The notes under the pieces were generated by a model that searched no databases, was not told the origin of the DNA, and was given only the letters and a program-made list of their open reading frames with translations. From the NCBI GenBank assembly GCA_044226625.1, contig JBGAGQ010000052.1, forward strand, positions 1 to 47,863: 47,863 bases of DNA, given 5' to 3'. Source of the DNA: Thermoanaerobaculia bacterium (lineage in GTDB: Bacteria; Acidobacteriota; Thermoanaerobaculia; Multivoradales; UBA5704). This document shows, piece after piece, positions 9,111-19,373 of the stretch. How positions within the stretch are numbered: the stretch's first letter is position 1; every line of letters starts with the position of its first letter. A program made the position numbers and the translations under genes.

Positions 9111-10868
9111 CTAGATGGACACCTTCTCGCCGTTGAAGCGGGTGAGCTGGAAGCCCTGGAGCGGCTCGGCCAGCGTCGGCTTCTGATCGGCGAGCACGCG
9201 TAGGGCGCACGCCTCGCCGAGCCGGTTGCCCGCCTCGCTGTCGCAGCGATAGTGGACGCCGATCGCGTTGCGGCCGAGGGTGATGTTGCTGCACAGTTTG
9301 TTGAGCTCGCCGCCGATCGTGAGCGGCGGGCCGTCCTTGCCCGGCACGTAGGGGATCAGCTCGGTACCGTCCGGGCTCGCCTGGACCGGATCGGGGAACG
9401 GTGCCGATTCGTCGTACCAGGCCTTCAGGAAGGTGATGCAAGCCCCGGCGATCGTCGCGTGGACCGAGACGTAGGACGGGTGAGTGGGGCAGCCGAACGG
9501 CAACGCCTGCGACAGCAGATAGGTTCCTTCGTCGGCCTGCTGACGGTCGCGGTTGCGCTTGTGGTTCGCCTCGAAGATCAGATCGAGCACCGGCGAGCTG
9601 AGCAGCGAGTCGTGGATCGGGTAGTCGCGCTTGCCGGTCTTGCGGAAGTGGACCAACCCGGCCCCCGCCTCCGGCCGCAGATAGCGATGGACGTTCCACT
9701 TCGCATGGAAGGCGTTGCGCGTCACGCGCGTGCCGCCGACCAGTTGCGCGAGGTGGGCGGTGCCGAGCGTCGCGAAGCCCCACTGGCGCTTGCTTCCCGT
9801 GTACGGGCTCGAGAACGCCGCCTTGGCGCCAGGCACCGCGCCGAGGACCATCCAGGCGCGCAGGTAGAGGGAGTAGATCTCGTCCTGGAGCGACAGTCGC
9901 GCGAGGTCGCGCCCGCAGCGGAGGAAGCGCGCGACCGGGTCGCGCGGCTCCTCGGTCGGCGGCGCCTGGTCGAAGCCGTTCTGGGCGTTCAGCCATTCCG
10001 AGACGCTGGTCTGGAAGTCCGATTCCGCGGGCCCCGTGCTGATCTTCGGCAGGATCGGGATGCCGTCGTAGCGGAACACCCGCATCAGGATCTGAGATAC
10101 CGGCGGGCCGTCGGCGACGCCCGGGTAGGGGGCGCGGAACAGCGTCTGCGGCGTCACCTTGTCGTTCACGCGCGCGCCGACGTTGCCGGTGAAGCGCGAC
10201 AGGTCCTCGCACGCCTGGCGAACTAGCGGATTCGAACCGTATTCGAGGAAGGGAACGTCGCGTAGGACCGCCATCCAGTAGAGCTCGGCGAGCTGGGCGG
10301 CGTAAGCGGCGCTCGCGATCGGCGGCGGCGGGGGCGTCACGATGGCTGCTGGATCCGGGCCGTCGAGGTTATAGGCCAGCCCACCCAGCGGATCCTGGTA
10401 TCCGGCGCGACCGCCTTTCGGCACCGCTTCGAGGGCGGCGAAGTCTCCCGCCGCGATCCCCTTGCGCAGGGCCTCGTAGGCGGCCGGGTCGACCTCGCCG
10501 AACTCGTTGTGGGGGAGGGTCTTCGTGAAATTGCCGATGCGGGTCGGGTAGAGCTCTTCGTCGCCGTTGGTCGGATGCTCGGGAATGCCGAGCTTGCGGT
10601 CCCGTTCCGCCGCCTCGACGCGAATCTTGTAGGCCGCCTCGGCGCGCTTCGAGCCCTTGGTCGGCGAGATCTCGTCGGCGCGTGCGGGTCGTCCGCCGAG
10701 CGCCGCGAGCCCGAGGCCCACCGTGCTCCCGGTCAATGCGCCCGACAGGCCCGCGGCGATCCCGCCCGCGCGGCCCAGAAACTGGCGGCGGTCGAGACCC
10801 GGCTCGATCGATGCTGCCGACTCCGACTCCGACTCCGCCTGCGGCTGTCGCGTCTCTTCGTTTACCAT
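9111..10868 (-). CDS. Tat-exported vanadium-dependent haloperoxidase-like protein (bromoperoxidase type, PAP2 superfamily)
   Basis: DRRQFL Tat motif and ARA cleavage site; HPTNGDEELY, AKWNVHRYLRPE, HPSYVSVHAT, GELNKL...GRNAIGVHY. Confidence 0.88.
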   Translation of the reverse strand: MVNEETRQPQAESESESAASIEPGLDRRQFLGRAGGIAAGLSGALTGSTVGLGLAALGGRPARADEISPTKGSKRAEAAYKIRVEAAERDRKLGIPEHPTNGDEELYPTRIGNFTKTLPHNEFGEVDPAAYEALRKGIAAGDFAALEAVPKGGRAGYQDPLGGLAYNLDGPDPAAIVTPPPPPIASAAYAAQLAELYWMAVLRDVPFLEYGSNPLVRQACEDLSRFTGNVGARVNDKVTPQTLFRAPYPGVADGPPVSQILMRVFRYDGIPILPKISTGPAESDFQTSVSEWLNAQNGFDQAPPTEEPRDPVARFLRCGRDLARLSLQDEIYSLYLRAWMVLGAVPGAKAAFSSPYTGSKRQWGFATLGTAHLAQLVGGTRVTRNAFHAKWNVHRYLRPEAGAGLVHFRKTGKRDYPIHDSLLSSPVLDLIFEANHKRNRDRQQADEGTYLLSQALPFGCPTHPSYVSVHATIAGACITFLKAWYDESAPFPDPVQASPDGTELIPYVPGKDGPPLTIGGELNKLCSNITLGRNAIGVHYRCDSEAGNRLGEACALRVLADQKPTLAEPLQGFQLTRFNGEKVSI

Positions 10869-10941
10869 TTCTTCCCTCCCTGGAGCCCGCGCCGAATCGA
10901 GGCTCAGGAGCCCGCTGCGGAGCGAGGGTTGCCGTACGTCT

Positions 10942-12708
10942 TCAGATCCCGGTGACCCGGACCACCTCTTCGAACGAGGTCGTACCCTCAGCGAGCTTGC
11001 GCAGGGCGGACTGACGGAGCGTGCGCATGCCGTTCTTCTGCGCCTCGCGCTTGATCTCCGGGGCGTCGGAGCCCTGGACGATCAGCGCCTTGACCGCCTC
11101 GTCGATGGGCAGGATCTCGAAGATGCCGGTACGGCCGAGATAACCGGTGCTCCGGCACTCGTGACAGCCGGCTCCCTCTTTCACCTTGACCCGTTTGCCG
11201 GCCGGGACGGTCAGTCGGAGGGTCGTCACCTCATCCGGAGATAGGTGCCTCTCGACTCCGCAATGAGGACAGATGCGCCTTAGCAGGCGCTGGGCCATCG
11301 TGCCGATCAGCGTCGAGCTGATCAGGAACCGCTCGACGCCCAGATCGATCAGGCGGCTGATCGAAGAGGCGGCGTCGTTGGTATGGAGGGTGGAGAAGAC
11401 CAGATGCCCGGTGAGCGCGGCCTGGATCGCGTACTGCGCGGTCTCGGCGTCGCGGATCTCGCCGACCATGATCACGTCGGGGTCCTGGCGCAGGATGTGG
11501 CGGAGCGCCGCGGCGAAGGTGATGCCGACCTTCGACTGGACCGCGGTCTGGTTGAAATCCTCGTAGACCATCTCGATCGGGTCTTCGATCGTCGTGATGT
11601 TGATCTCGCGGGTGGCGATCGTCCGCAACGCCGAATAGAGCGTGGTCGTCTTGCCGGAGCCGGTGGGGCCGGTCACCAGGATGATGCCGTGCGGCCGGGT
11701 GATGAAATCCTGGAACTGCTGGAGCTCTTCCGGGTAGAAGCCGAGCCCGGGAAGGTCCTGCATCAGGACCTCCGGGTCGAAGATACGCATCACGACCTTC
11801 TCGCCGAACGCGACCGGCAACGTCGAGACGCGCAGCTCCACGTCCTTGCCGCCGCGCGTGGTCTTCACCCGCCCGTCCTGCGGCCGGCGCTTCTCCGCGA
11901 TGTCGAGCCGCGACATGGTCTTGATCCGCGAGACCACGGCGTTATGGACGATCTTCGGCATCACCTGGATGTCGTGCAGCACACCGTCGATGCGGATGCG
12001 GATCAGGCTCTGGTCGCGGCGCGGCTCGATGTGGATGTCGCTCGCGCGGTTGTCGAAAGCGTGCTGGAGCATGAACTCGACGGCGTTGACGACGTGCTGG
12101 TCGCTCGACTCGATCTCGGCTTCGGACTTCATCCGAACCAGCTGCTCGAGGTTGCCGAGGTCGATGCCGGTGTTCAGGTCGCGCTCTGCGCGCTTGACCG
12201 AGTGGCGCAGGCCGTAGAACTCGGTGATCGCCTTCAGGATGTCCGGTTCGGAAGCTACCACCAGGTCGACCTCGCGCCCGGCGATCCGGCGTAGCGTGTC
12301 GATCCCCTCCATGTCGAAGGGGTTCGCGCACGCGACTTTCAAGCGGCCGCCGACCATCGAGAGGGGGATCATCCGGTGGCGGCGCGCGAACGGCCGCGAC
12401 ACCTTGGACTCGATCAGGTCGGCGTCGAGGGTGAGGGTGTCGATCCGTAAGTGGGGGAGCTTCGCGTCCGCGGCGATCGCCTTGGCGATCTCCTGCTCGC
12501 CGAGCGGGCCACCGCCGTTCTTGCGGTCGGGCAGGTTCAAACCGGTCACCAGGTCGTAGGCGACCGCCTTCTGCTCGAACGTCCGATGCGAGCGCATGCG
12601 GCTCGGCAGCTGTTGGCGTGCGTCTTTCTTGATCTGTTCGCCGTCGTCGGCGAGCAGATGCCCCTGGCGCACCAGGATGTCGGCGATCAGCTCCGGAGTG
12701 AGGTTCAC
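10942..12708 (-). CDS. GspE/PilB family secretion/pilus assembly ATPase
   Basis: ASDIHIEP, RRPQDGR, TGPTGSGKTTTLY, TIEDPIE, LRQDPDVIMVGEIRD, STLHTND, tetra-Cys Zn motif. Start moved to GTG 12708 to avoid overlap with the divergent gene. Confidence 0.93.
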   Translation of the reverse strand: MNLTPELIADILVRQGHLLADDGEQIKKDARQQLPSRMRSHRTFEQKAVAYDLVTGLNLPDRKNGGGPLGEQEIAKAIAADAKLPHLRIDTLTLDADLIESKVSRPFARRHRMIPLSMVGGRLKVACANPFDMEGIDTLRRIAGREVDLVVASEPDILKAITEFYGLRHSVKRAERDLNTGIDLGNLEQLVRMKSEAEIESSDQHVVNAVEFMLQHAFDNRASDIHIEPRRDQSLIRIRIDGVLHDIQVMPKIVHNAVVSRIKTMSRLDIAEKRRPQDGRVKTTRGGKDVELRVSTLPVAFGEKVVMRIFDPEVLMQDLPGLGFYPEELQQFQDFITRPHGIILVTGPTGSGKTTTLYSALRTIATREINITTIEDPIEMVYEDFNQTAVQSKVGITFAAALRHILRQDPDVIMVGEIRDAETAQYAIQAALTGHLVFSTLHTNDAASSISRLIDLGVERFLISSTLIGTMAQRLLRRICPHCGVERHLSPDEVTTLRLTVPAGKRVKVKEGAGCHECRSTGYLGRTGIFEILPIDEAVKALIVQGSDAPEIKREAQKNGMRTLRQSALRKLAEGTTSFEEVVRVTGI

Positions 12709-12781
12709 GAAGGGGTTCCTGGAGGGCGTCGGCTCCTTCCCAGAGTGTAGCAGCGGGCGCCCGTCGCATACACTCCCGCGG

Positions 12782-13717
12782 ATGCTGGCAACCCGGATCG
12801 GCGAGCTCGCGGCGCTCGGAACGGCGTCCTGTTGGACGGTGTCGGCGCTCTCCTTTGAGAGCGCGGGCAAGAGGATCGGCTCGCTGTCGACCAACCTGAT
12901 CCGGATGGCGCTCGCCTCGGTGATCCTCACCGCCCTCCACGCGATCCGAATGGGAGGCGTCCTGCCGCTCGACGCCGGAGCGCGCGCCTGGGGATGGCTC
13001 GCCGTCTCGGGGCTGATCGGCTTCACTTTCGGCGACCTCTGCCTGTTCAAGGCGTTCGTCCACATCGGGCCTCGCCTCGCCTCGGTAATGATGTGCCTTG
13101 CGCCTCCGTTCGCCGCCCTGCTCGGCTGGGCGTTCCTGGGCGAGACGCTCGGCGCGCGTGACCTTTTCGGCATGCTCCTGATCGGCTGCGGCGTGGCGGT
13201 CGCGATCGCCGCCAGGCCGAGCGCCTCGCCGTCCGCGCTCCCCAGTTCGGACATCGCCGACCCGACTCCCGATCCGGTACCAGGGCACCGCACCCGAGGT
13301 CTCTTGCTGGGCGCGGCAGGGGCTCTCGGTCAGGCCGGAGGGCTCGTCCTCTCGAAGATCGGCATGGGGGCCTTCGACCCTTTTTCGGCGACGCAGATCC
13401 GGGTGCTGGCCGGTTTCGCCGGGTTCGTCTTGGTCGCTTTGATCCTGCGCTGGGGAGGCAAGATGCGGACGGCCCTCGCCGACCGCGCGGCCGTCGGCTG
13501 GGCGGCGCTCGGCGCGGTCTTCGGGCCGTTCCTCGGCGTCGGTCTCTCGCTCGTCGCGGTCCAGCGGACCGAGGCGGGAGTCGCCGCGAGCCTTATGGCG
13601 ATCCAGCCGGTCTTGATCCTCCCGGTCGTCGTCCTCCTCGGACGCGAGCGGTTCAGCTTCGCGAGCCTTTGCGGCGCGCTCCTTGCTGTGGGCGGGGTGG
13701 CGATGCTGTTCGCGTGA
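12782..13717 (+). CDS. DMT/EamA family transporter
   Basis: About 10 hydrophobic helices in two EamA halves; SGLIGFTFGDLCLF. Confidence 0.88.
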   Translation: MLATRIGELAALGTASCWTVSALSFESAGKRIGSLSTNLIRMALASVILTALHAIRMGGVLPLDAGARAWGWLAVSGLIGFTFGDLCLFKAFVHIGPRLASVMMCLAPPFAALLGWAFLGETLGARDLFGMLLIGCGVAVAIAARPSASPSALPSSDIADPTPDPVPGHRTRGLLLGAAGALGQAGGLVLSKIGMGAFDPFSATQIRVLAGFAGFVLVALILRWGGKMRTALADRAAVGWAALGAVFGPFLGVGLSLVAVQRTEAGVAASLMAIQPVLILPVVVLLGRERFSFASLCGALLAVGGVAMLFA

Positions 13718-13769
13718 AGCCCCGGTAACCGCCGGACCGGTTCCGGCAAAGGATCGGGGAGGAGGACCG

Positions 13770-14471
13770 ATGGCGGAGAACGAGAAGCCGGCCGAGAAGA
13801 CCCCCGCCCCGGACGTGATCCGGCACCGCTGGCCCGCGCGCCTCACCCACTGGGCGAACGTCCTCCTGCTCGTCGGGATGGTCGGAAGCGGGCTCCAGAT
13901 TTACGGCGCCTTCCCCCGGTTTGGCCTGCGCGGCGCGCCGCCGCTCGGCCCCAATCCGTTCGAAGGGGTCCGCTTCCCGGCGGCGGTCCGGATCGGCGGC
14001 TGGCTCGCCGGAGGCCTCAACTGGCATTTCGCGCTCGCCTGGCCGTTCGTCCTCACGGGCCTGTTCTATCTCGCCTTTCTCGTCGTCTCGGGCGAGTGGA
14101 AGAGCCTCCTGTTCCGTCCCCGCGACGTGCCGAAAGCCTGGGCGATGCAGCTCTATTACCTTCGGCTCAAGAAGCAGCACCCGCCGCAGGGCAAGCACAA
14201 CGCGCTCCAGAAGGCGGCCTACACCTTTATCTTCCTGCTCGGCGCGCTCTCGGCGGCGACCGGGTTCGCGATCTACAAACCGGTGCAGCTCTCCTGGCTC
14301 ACCACCCTGTTCGGCGGCTACGAACGGGCGCGCTACTGGCACTTCCTCGCGGTCTGGATCTTCGTCGCCTTCACGTTCCTTCACGTGCTGCTCGTCTTCG
14401 TCGTCGATCCCGCCTCGCTGCGCGCCATGATCACCGGCCGGTACCGGGGGAGGTTCCCGAGCCATGACTGA
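13770..14471 (+). CDS. cytochrome b/b6 domain membrane protein (partner of the Mo enzyme)
   Basis: RLTHWAN, WHF, KHNALQKAAY, ARYWHF...LHV heme-ligand His pattern; RBS GGAGG. Confidence 0.85.
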   Translation: MAENEKPAEKTPAPDVIRHRWPARLTHWANVLLLVGMVGSGLQIYGAFPRFGLRGAPPLGPNPFEGVRFPAAVRIGGWLAGGLNWHFALAWPFVLTGLFYLAFLVVSGEWKSLLFRPRDVPKAWAMQLYYLRLKKQHPPQGKHNALQKAAYTFIFLLGALSAATGFAIYKPVQLSWLTTLFGGYERARYWHFLAVWIFVAFTFLHVLLVFVVDPASLRAMITGRYRGRFPSHD

Positions 14472-15243
14472 TCCCTCGAAACAGATCGAGATCGACGCCG
14501 GAATGGACGTTCCAACCGGCGACCCGAGCCGCTGGTCGCGCCGCGACCTCCTCCGCCTCGGCCTTACGGGCGCCGGGCTCGGCCTGCTCGCCGGCTGCGG
14601 CCGGAAGGGAGCCCAAATCGTCCGCCCCGCGCTCGCCGCCGTTTCGCGGGCGAACGACTGGGTGGGGGAGCACCTGCTCTTTTCCCGAGGCCAACCCGCA
14701 CCCACCTACGCCCTCTCCGAGCGGACCCCCGAACGGGCCTTTCCCGCCTACTACATCTCGCGTCCCGGCGCTCCTGTGCTCGAAGATCCCGCCGCCTGGG
14801 CGCTCGAGCTCGGCGGCCTGATCGCGAAACCGCAGCGCCTGACCCTCGCGATGATCGAGTCGCTGCCGCGGATCACCTACACGGTCAAGCACCACTGTGT
14901 CGAAGGGTGGTCCGCGATCGGCACCTGGACGGGCGTGCCGTTCTCGATGATCGCCGCGCTCGCCGAGCCGCTCCCCGCCGCCCGCTACCTCCGCTTCGAT
15001 TCCTTCGACCGTGGCTATTACAACGGCTTCGACCTCCCGAGCGCGATGCACCCGCAGACGATCCTCGCCTACGCGCTCAACGACCAACCCCTCACGGCCC
15101 CCCGCGGCGCGCCGCTACGGCTGTATTCCCCCGTCAAGCTCGGCTACAAGATGACCAAATACCTCACCAAGGTCACCTGGACCGCCGAACGCCCGGGCGG
15201 CTACTGGGAGGATCAGGGGTATCCCTGGTTCGGAGGGATCTGA
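14464..15243 (+). CDS. molybdopterin-dependent oxidoreductase (sulfite oxidase/MsrP-like), Tat-exported, possibly lipoprotein
   Basis: [55 protein letters not shown]; overlaps the upstream stop. Confidence 0.9.
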   Translation: MTDPSKQIEIDAGMDVPTGDPSRWSRRDLLRLGLTGAGLGLLAGCGRKGAQIVRPALAAVSRANDWVGEHLLFSRGQPAPTYALSERTPERAFPAYYISRPGAPVLEDPAAWALELGGLIAKPQRLTLAMIESLPRITYTVKHHCVEGWSAIGTWTGVPFSMIAALAEPLPAARYLRFDSFDRGYYNGFDLPSAMHPQTILAYALNDQPLTAPRGAPLRLYSPVKLGYKMTKYLTKVTWTAERPGGYWEDQGYPWFGGI

Positions 15244-15330
15244 CGGGAGGGGGCGCTCGGGTCGTTCCCGCCTGGGCGCGGGACCCCTGGGAATGTTCGC
15301 ACCCCTCCCCGGGTTAGGATGCTCCGCTCT

Positions 15331-18189
15331 ATGGAATCGATCTCCGTCCGCGGCGCGCGCGAGCACAATCTCAAGAACATCGACGTCGAGATCCCGAGGA
15401 ACCGCCTGGTGGTGATCACCGGGGTGTCCGGCTCCGGGAAATCGTCCCTGGCCTTCGACACGCTGTTCGCCGAGGGGCAGCGGCGTTACGTCGAGTCGCT
15501 CTCTTCGTACGCCCGGCAGTTCTTGCAGCAGATGGAGAAGCCGGACGTCGATTCGATCGAGGGGCTGTCGCCCGCGATCTCGATCGAACAGAAATCGGTC
15601 TCCAAAAACCCGCGCTCGACGGTGGGCACGGTGACCGAGATCCACGACTACCTCCGTCTGATGTTCGCCTCGATCGGCACGCCGCATTGCCCGAGCTGCG
15701 GCGCGATCATCCGCCCGCAGACGGTGCAGCAGATGGTCGACCGGGCGCTCGAGCTGCCGGCAGGGACGCGGCTCGTCCTCTACTCACCGTTCGTCCGAGG
15801 CAAGAAGGGCGAGTACAAGAAGCAGCTCGCGCAGATGGCGCGCGAGGGGTTCCACCGGGTGCGCATCGACGGCGAGATGGTGGAGCTTTCGGGCGAGCCG
15901 CCGACGCTCGACAAGCAGAAGAAGCACTCGATCGACGTCGTGGTCGACCGGATCGTGATCAAGCCCGGGGTGGAGAAGCGCCTGGCCGATTCGATCGAGG
16001 TGGGCCTCAAGGTCTCGAGCGGCCTGATCGTGCTGGCGCCCGAGGGGCAACCGGAAGAGACGCTGTCGCAGAACTACTCCTGCTCGGAGTGCGGAACGGG
16101 TCTCACCGAGATCACGCCGCGGCTCTTCTCGTTCAACAGCCCGTATGGGGCGTGCCCCACCTGCTCGGGGCTCGGCACGCTGATGGGGGTCGATCCGGAC
16201 AAGGTGATCCCAGACCCGGAGCGCTCGATCGACGCCGGCGCCGTGGCCCCCTGGCCGGAGGGGTCGAAGTCCTGGCGCATGCGGATGATCGGCACGCTCG
16301 CCAAGGCGCTCAACTTCTCGATGGCGACCCCCTGGAATCGGCTGCCCAAGCTGGCCCAGGAGGCGATCCTCCAGGGCAACAGCGAGGAGCTGACCTTCAA
16401 GCTCGAGAGCAGCAAGTCGACGTACAAGTGGAAAGGATCGTGGGAGGGCGTGATCCCGCTGCTCGAGCGGCGCTACAAGGAGACCGAATCGCCGTCCGTG
16501 CGGGCGGAGATCGAGCGCTTCATGTCGGTGAACCCCTGCCCCGACTGCCAGGGGCGGCGCCTGCGGCCCGAGGCGCTCGCGGTCACCGTCGCCGGGCAGC
16601 CGATCGACACCCTGTCGTCGCGCTCGGTCGCCGACCTGCGCCGTTTCCTTTGGGCGCTCGACCTGTCCGAGCGCGAGCGGACGATCGTCGGTAAGGTCCT
16701 CCAGGAGATCTCCGACCGGCTCGCCTTCCTGGACGACGTAGGCGTCGGCTACCTCACGCTCGACCGCTCGTCGGCGACGCTCTCCGGCGGCGAGAGCCAG
16801 CGCATCCGCCTCGCGACCCAGATCGGTAGCAAGCTGATGGGCGTTCTCTACGTCCTCGACGAGCCGTCGATCGGCCTCCACCAGCGCGACAACGCGCGCT
16901 TGCTCGCCACGCTCCAGGGGATGCGCGACCTCGGCAACTCGGTGTTGGTCGTCGAGCACGACGAGGACACGATCCGCGCGGCCGACTGGGTGATCGACCT
17001 CGGCCCCGGCGCGGGGGTCCACGGCGGCGAGGTGGTGGCGGAGGGGACGGCGGAGGAGATCGCCGCGAACCCAAAGTCGCTCACCGGCCACTACCTCGCG
17101 GGGACCGCCGCGGTGCCGATCCCGGCCGAGCGTCGGCCCGGCAAGGGCAAGCCCCTGGTGATCGAAGGGGCGACCCAAAACAACCTGAAAGACCTCGACG
17201 TCGCGTTCCCGCTCGGCAAGCTCACCGTGGTGACCGGCGTCTCCGGCTCCGGCAAGAGCACGCTGGTCAACGACATCCTCTACAAGTCGCTCGCCCGGCA
17301 CTTCTACAAGGCGACGGACAAGCCGGGCGACCACGAGCGGATTGTCGGGCTCGAGCAGCTCGACAAGGTGATCGCGATCGACCAGAGTCCGATCGGCCGC
17401 ACGCCGCGCTCGAACCCGGCGACCTACACGAACGTCTTCAATCCCATCCGCAACCTGATGGCGATGATGCCGGAGGCGAAGGTCCGCGGCTTCAAGCCCG
17501 GGCGGTTCAGCTTCAACGTTCCCGGCGGGCGCTGCGAGGCATGCAAGGGCGACGGGCAGAACAAGATCGAGATGCACTTCCTGCCCGACATCTACGTCAC
17601 CTGCGAAGTCTGTGGCGGCAAGCGCTACGACCGCGAGACGCTCACGGTGCGTTACAAGGGGCTGAACATCGCCGAGCTGCTCGACCTCCCCGTCGAGCAG
17701 GCGCGCGAGCTGTTCCGCAACATCCCCGGCGTCGACCGCATCCTCGATACGCTCTGCGAAGTCGGGCTCGGCTACATCCGGCTCGGCCAGCCGGCGACCA
17801 CGCTGTCGGGGGGCGAGGCGCAGCGCGTCAAGCTTGCCCGCGAGCTGTGCAAGCGCTCGACGGGCAAGACCCTCTACCTCCTCGATGAGCCGACCACCGG
17901 CCTCCATTTCGACGACGTCGGCAAGCTCGTCGCCCTCCTCCAACGCCTGGTCGACCTCGGCAACACGGTGATCGTGATCGAGCACAACCTGGACGTGATC
18001 AAAGTCGCCGACTGGGTGATCGACCTCGGTCCGGAGGGAGGGGAGAAGGGGGGGCGCATCGTCGCCTCCGGAACGCCGGAGGAAGTGGCGGCGGTGGAAG
18101 AGAGCTTCACGGGGCAGTACCTGAAGCCGCTGCTCGGGCGCTCCGCCCCAGCCGCCGCGCCGAAGAAGAAACGGGCGACGAAAAAGTAA
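15331..18189 (+). CDS. uvrA: excinuclease ABC subunit A
   Basis: [25 protein letters not shown], two ABC cassettes ([16 protein letters not shown]), Zn fingers, [11 protein letters not shown]. Confidence 0.98.
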   Translation: MESISVRGAREHNLKNIDVEIPRNRLVVITGVSGSGKSSLAFDTLFAEGQRRYVESLSSYARQFLQQMEKPDVDSIEGLSPAISIEQKSVSKNPRSTVGTVTEIHDYLRLMFASIGTPHCPSCGAIIRPQTVQQMVDRALELPAGTRLVLYSPFVRGKKGEYKKQLAQMAREGFHRVRIDGEMVELSGEPPTLDKQKKHSIDVVVDRIVIKPGVEKRLADSIEVGLKVSSGLIVLAPEGQPEETLSQNYSCSECGTGLTEITPRLFSFNSPYGACPTCSGLGTLMGVDPDKVIPDPERSIDAGAVAPWPEGSKSWRMRMIGTLAKALNFSMATPWNRLPKLAQEAILQGNSEELTFKLESSKSTYKWKGSWEGVIPLLERRYKETESPSVRAEIERFMSVNPCPDCQGRRLRPEALAVTVAGQPIDTLSSRSVADLRRFLWALDLSERERTIVGKVLQEISDRLAFLDDVGVGYLTLDRSSATLSGGESQRIRLATQIGSKLMGVLYVLDEPSIGLHQRDNARLLATLQGMRDLGNSVLVVEHDEDTIRAADWVIDLGPGAGVHGGEVVAEGTAEEIAANPKSLTGHYLAGTAAVPIPAERRPGKGKPLVIEGATQNNLKDLDVAFPLGKLTVVTGVSGSGKSTLVNDILYKSLARHFYKATDKPGDHERIVGLEQLDKVIAIDQSPIGRTPRSNPATYTNVFNPIRNLMAMMPEAKVRGFKPGRFSFNVPGGRCEACKGDGQNKIEMHFLPDIYVTCEVCGGKRYDRETLTVRYKGLNIAELLDLPVEQARELFRNIPGVDRILDTLCEVGLGYIRLGQPATTLSGGEAQRVKLARELCKRSTGKTLYLLDEPTTGLHFDDVGKLVALLQRLVDLGNTVIVIEHNLDVIKVADWVIDLGPEGGEKGGRIVASGTPEEVAAVEESFTGQYLKPLLGRSAPAAAPKKKRATKK

Positions 18190-18203
18190 GAGTTCTCCGG
18201 ATC

Positions 18204-18276
18204 AACCAGGAAAATCGTCAGGCCCCCTGACGATTAACCAGGAAAATCGTCAGGCACTCTGACCGTTGACCTGGTT
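18204..18276. repeat. 20-bp direct repeat x2 with nested inverted repeats
   Basis: AACCAGGAAAATCGTCAGGC at 18204 and 18236 (period 32). CCTGACGATT 18226-18235 is the inverse of AATCGTCAGG. CCTGGTT at 18270 is the inverse of AACCAGG. Confidence 0.85.
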
Positions 18277-18279
18277 CAT

Positions 18280-18612
18280 CGCTCAGGCTACCCTGGCTCT
18301 GCGCTATCTGGTGGAAGCGTTCGTCCTCAAAACGCGGTCTTCAACGAGGTGGCCAAGCGCCTGGACCTTCTCATCGACATCCGTTTCTGGCGCTCGAAAA
18401 ACGGTGCCGAGGTCGATTTCGTGGTGTTGCGAGGGGAGCGGATGGTGGCGATCGAAGTCAAAGCCGCCGAGTTCTTCCGTCCGACGATCTCGCGAGGAAC
18501 GCACAGCTTCCTCGAAGCGTGTCGTCCCGCCTGCTTAGGCAACGCGTCGCTGCGGCAAGATAAGGTGGAGGACGGCGTTCCCGTTCGCTTCGTTCGGCCT
18601 TGGGAGCTGAAC
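18280..18612 (+). pseudogene. remnant of AAA+ ATPase/DUF4143 (PD-(D/E)xK-like C-terminal) gene
   Basis: RYLVEAFVL in one frame, then NAVFNEVAKR...RFWRSKNGAEVDFVV...AIEVKA in another. No ATPase part and no proper start. Confidence 0.7.
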
Positions 18613-18840
18613 CTGATCCATAGACCTGGACTGAGCGAGCCCCTATTCGGCCGCTTCGAGAAGCGCCCGCATTTCGGGGCTCTTCGCCGGTTCGAGAAGG
18701 TCCGCCTGTTCTGCGGCGGGCTGCCGAGTTTCGCGGCGGATAGCCGCTTTCCTCGGCGCATGAGCCTGTTGCGCGGCGCATCGCCCAATTCCACGGCGCA
18801 AAGCGCGTATCCGCGGCCGCTGCTCCGATCCTGGGCCCGC

Positions 18841-19060
18841 TTCTCCCAAGAGGGGACGGATATTCCCGTCCTGGGACGGATATTCCCGTCCTGGGACCGA
18901 TATTCCTATCCTGGGACGGATATTCCCATTCTAGGACCGTTATTCCCGTCCTGGGACGGCTGTTCCCATCCTGGGACGAATGTTCCCATCCTGGGACGGA
19001 TGTTCCCATCCTGGGACGGGAAGTGACTTCCTGGCGTGGGAAGTCACTTCCTGGAGCCGA
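18841..19060. repeat. 20-bp tandem array of palindromic units
   Basis: Eight units T(A/G)TTCCC(G/A)TCCTGGGACGGA at 18861-19020, a degenerate unit at 18841, and two in-phase units AAGT(G/C)ACTTCCTGG at 19021 and 19041. Confidence 0.95.
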
Positions 19061-19269
19061 CGCTCGCTTTCCGAGGCCGACAGCGCCGGTCCGGCGCGAT
19101 TCGGGGTATCTCCTCGCCCTTCCCCGTATTTCCCCTGAGTTTAGGACTTGCCGGGCTCGGGCCTCGAAACGATCCTCTGAACGGGGAAGGCGAATGAATA
19201 AGATCACGCCCTCTCGATCGGAGCTATGCAAACGGGATCCGGCGCTTTCGCTCCCGCCGTCCCAACCGC

Positions 19270-19320
19270 TTGGAGTGCGGCGACGAAGCGCCGCTTTTGG
19301 TAGCGCCGACGCGTCGGCGC
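19270..19320. repeat. REP-like hairpin plus perfect 18-bp palindrome
   Basis: TTGGAGTGCGGCG-ACGAAG-CGCCGCTTTT (19270-19298) and GCGCCGACGCGTCGGCGC (19303-19320). Confidence 0.5.
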
Positions 19321-19373
19321 CCGTATTCTTCAGCTCGACGACTACTTAACCGAAAAGCCGGCGTCTTTACCGG

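Noticed and set aside
12709-13293. N-terminal extension of the GspE ORF (likewise extensions at 24872, 22207, 28690, 40566, 42173)
   Set aside because: These overlap neighbouring real genes; downstream starts with an RBS or coupling fit better.
18613-19026. Repeat-encoded protein tail of ORF 18349-19026
   Set aside because: Read-through of a pseudogene into a 20-bp repeat whose period is not a multiple of 3.
18841-19060. CRISPR array
   Set aside because: Units abut with no unique spacers, the period is only 20 bp, and there are no cas genes in the window.
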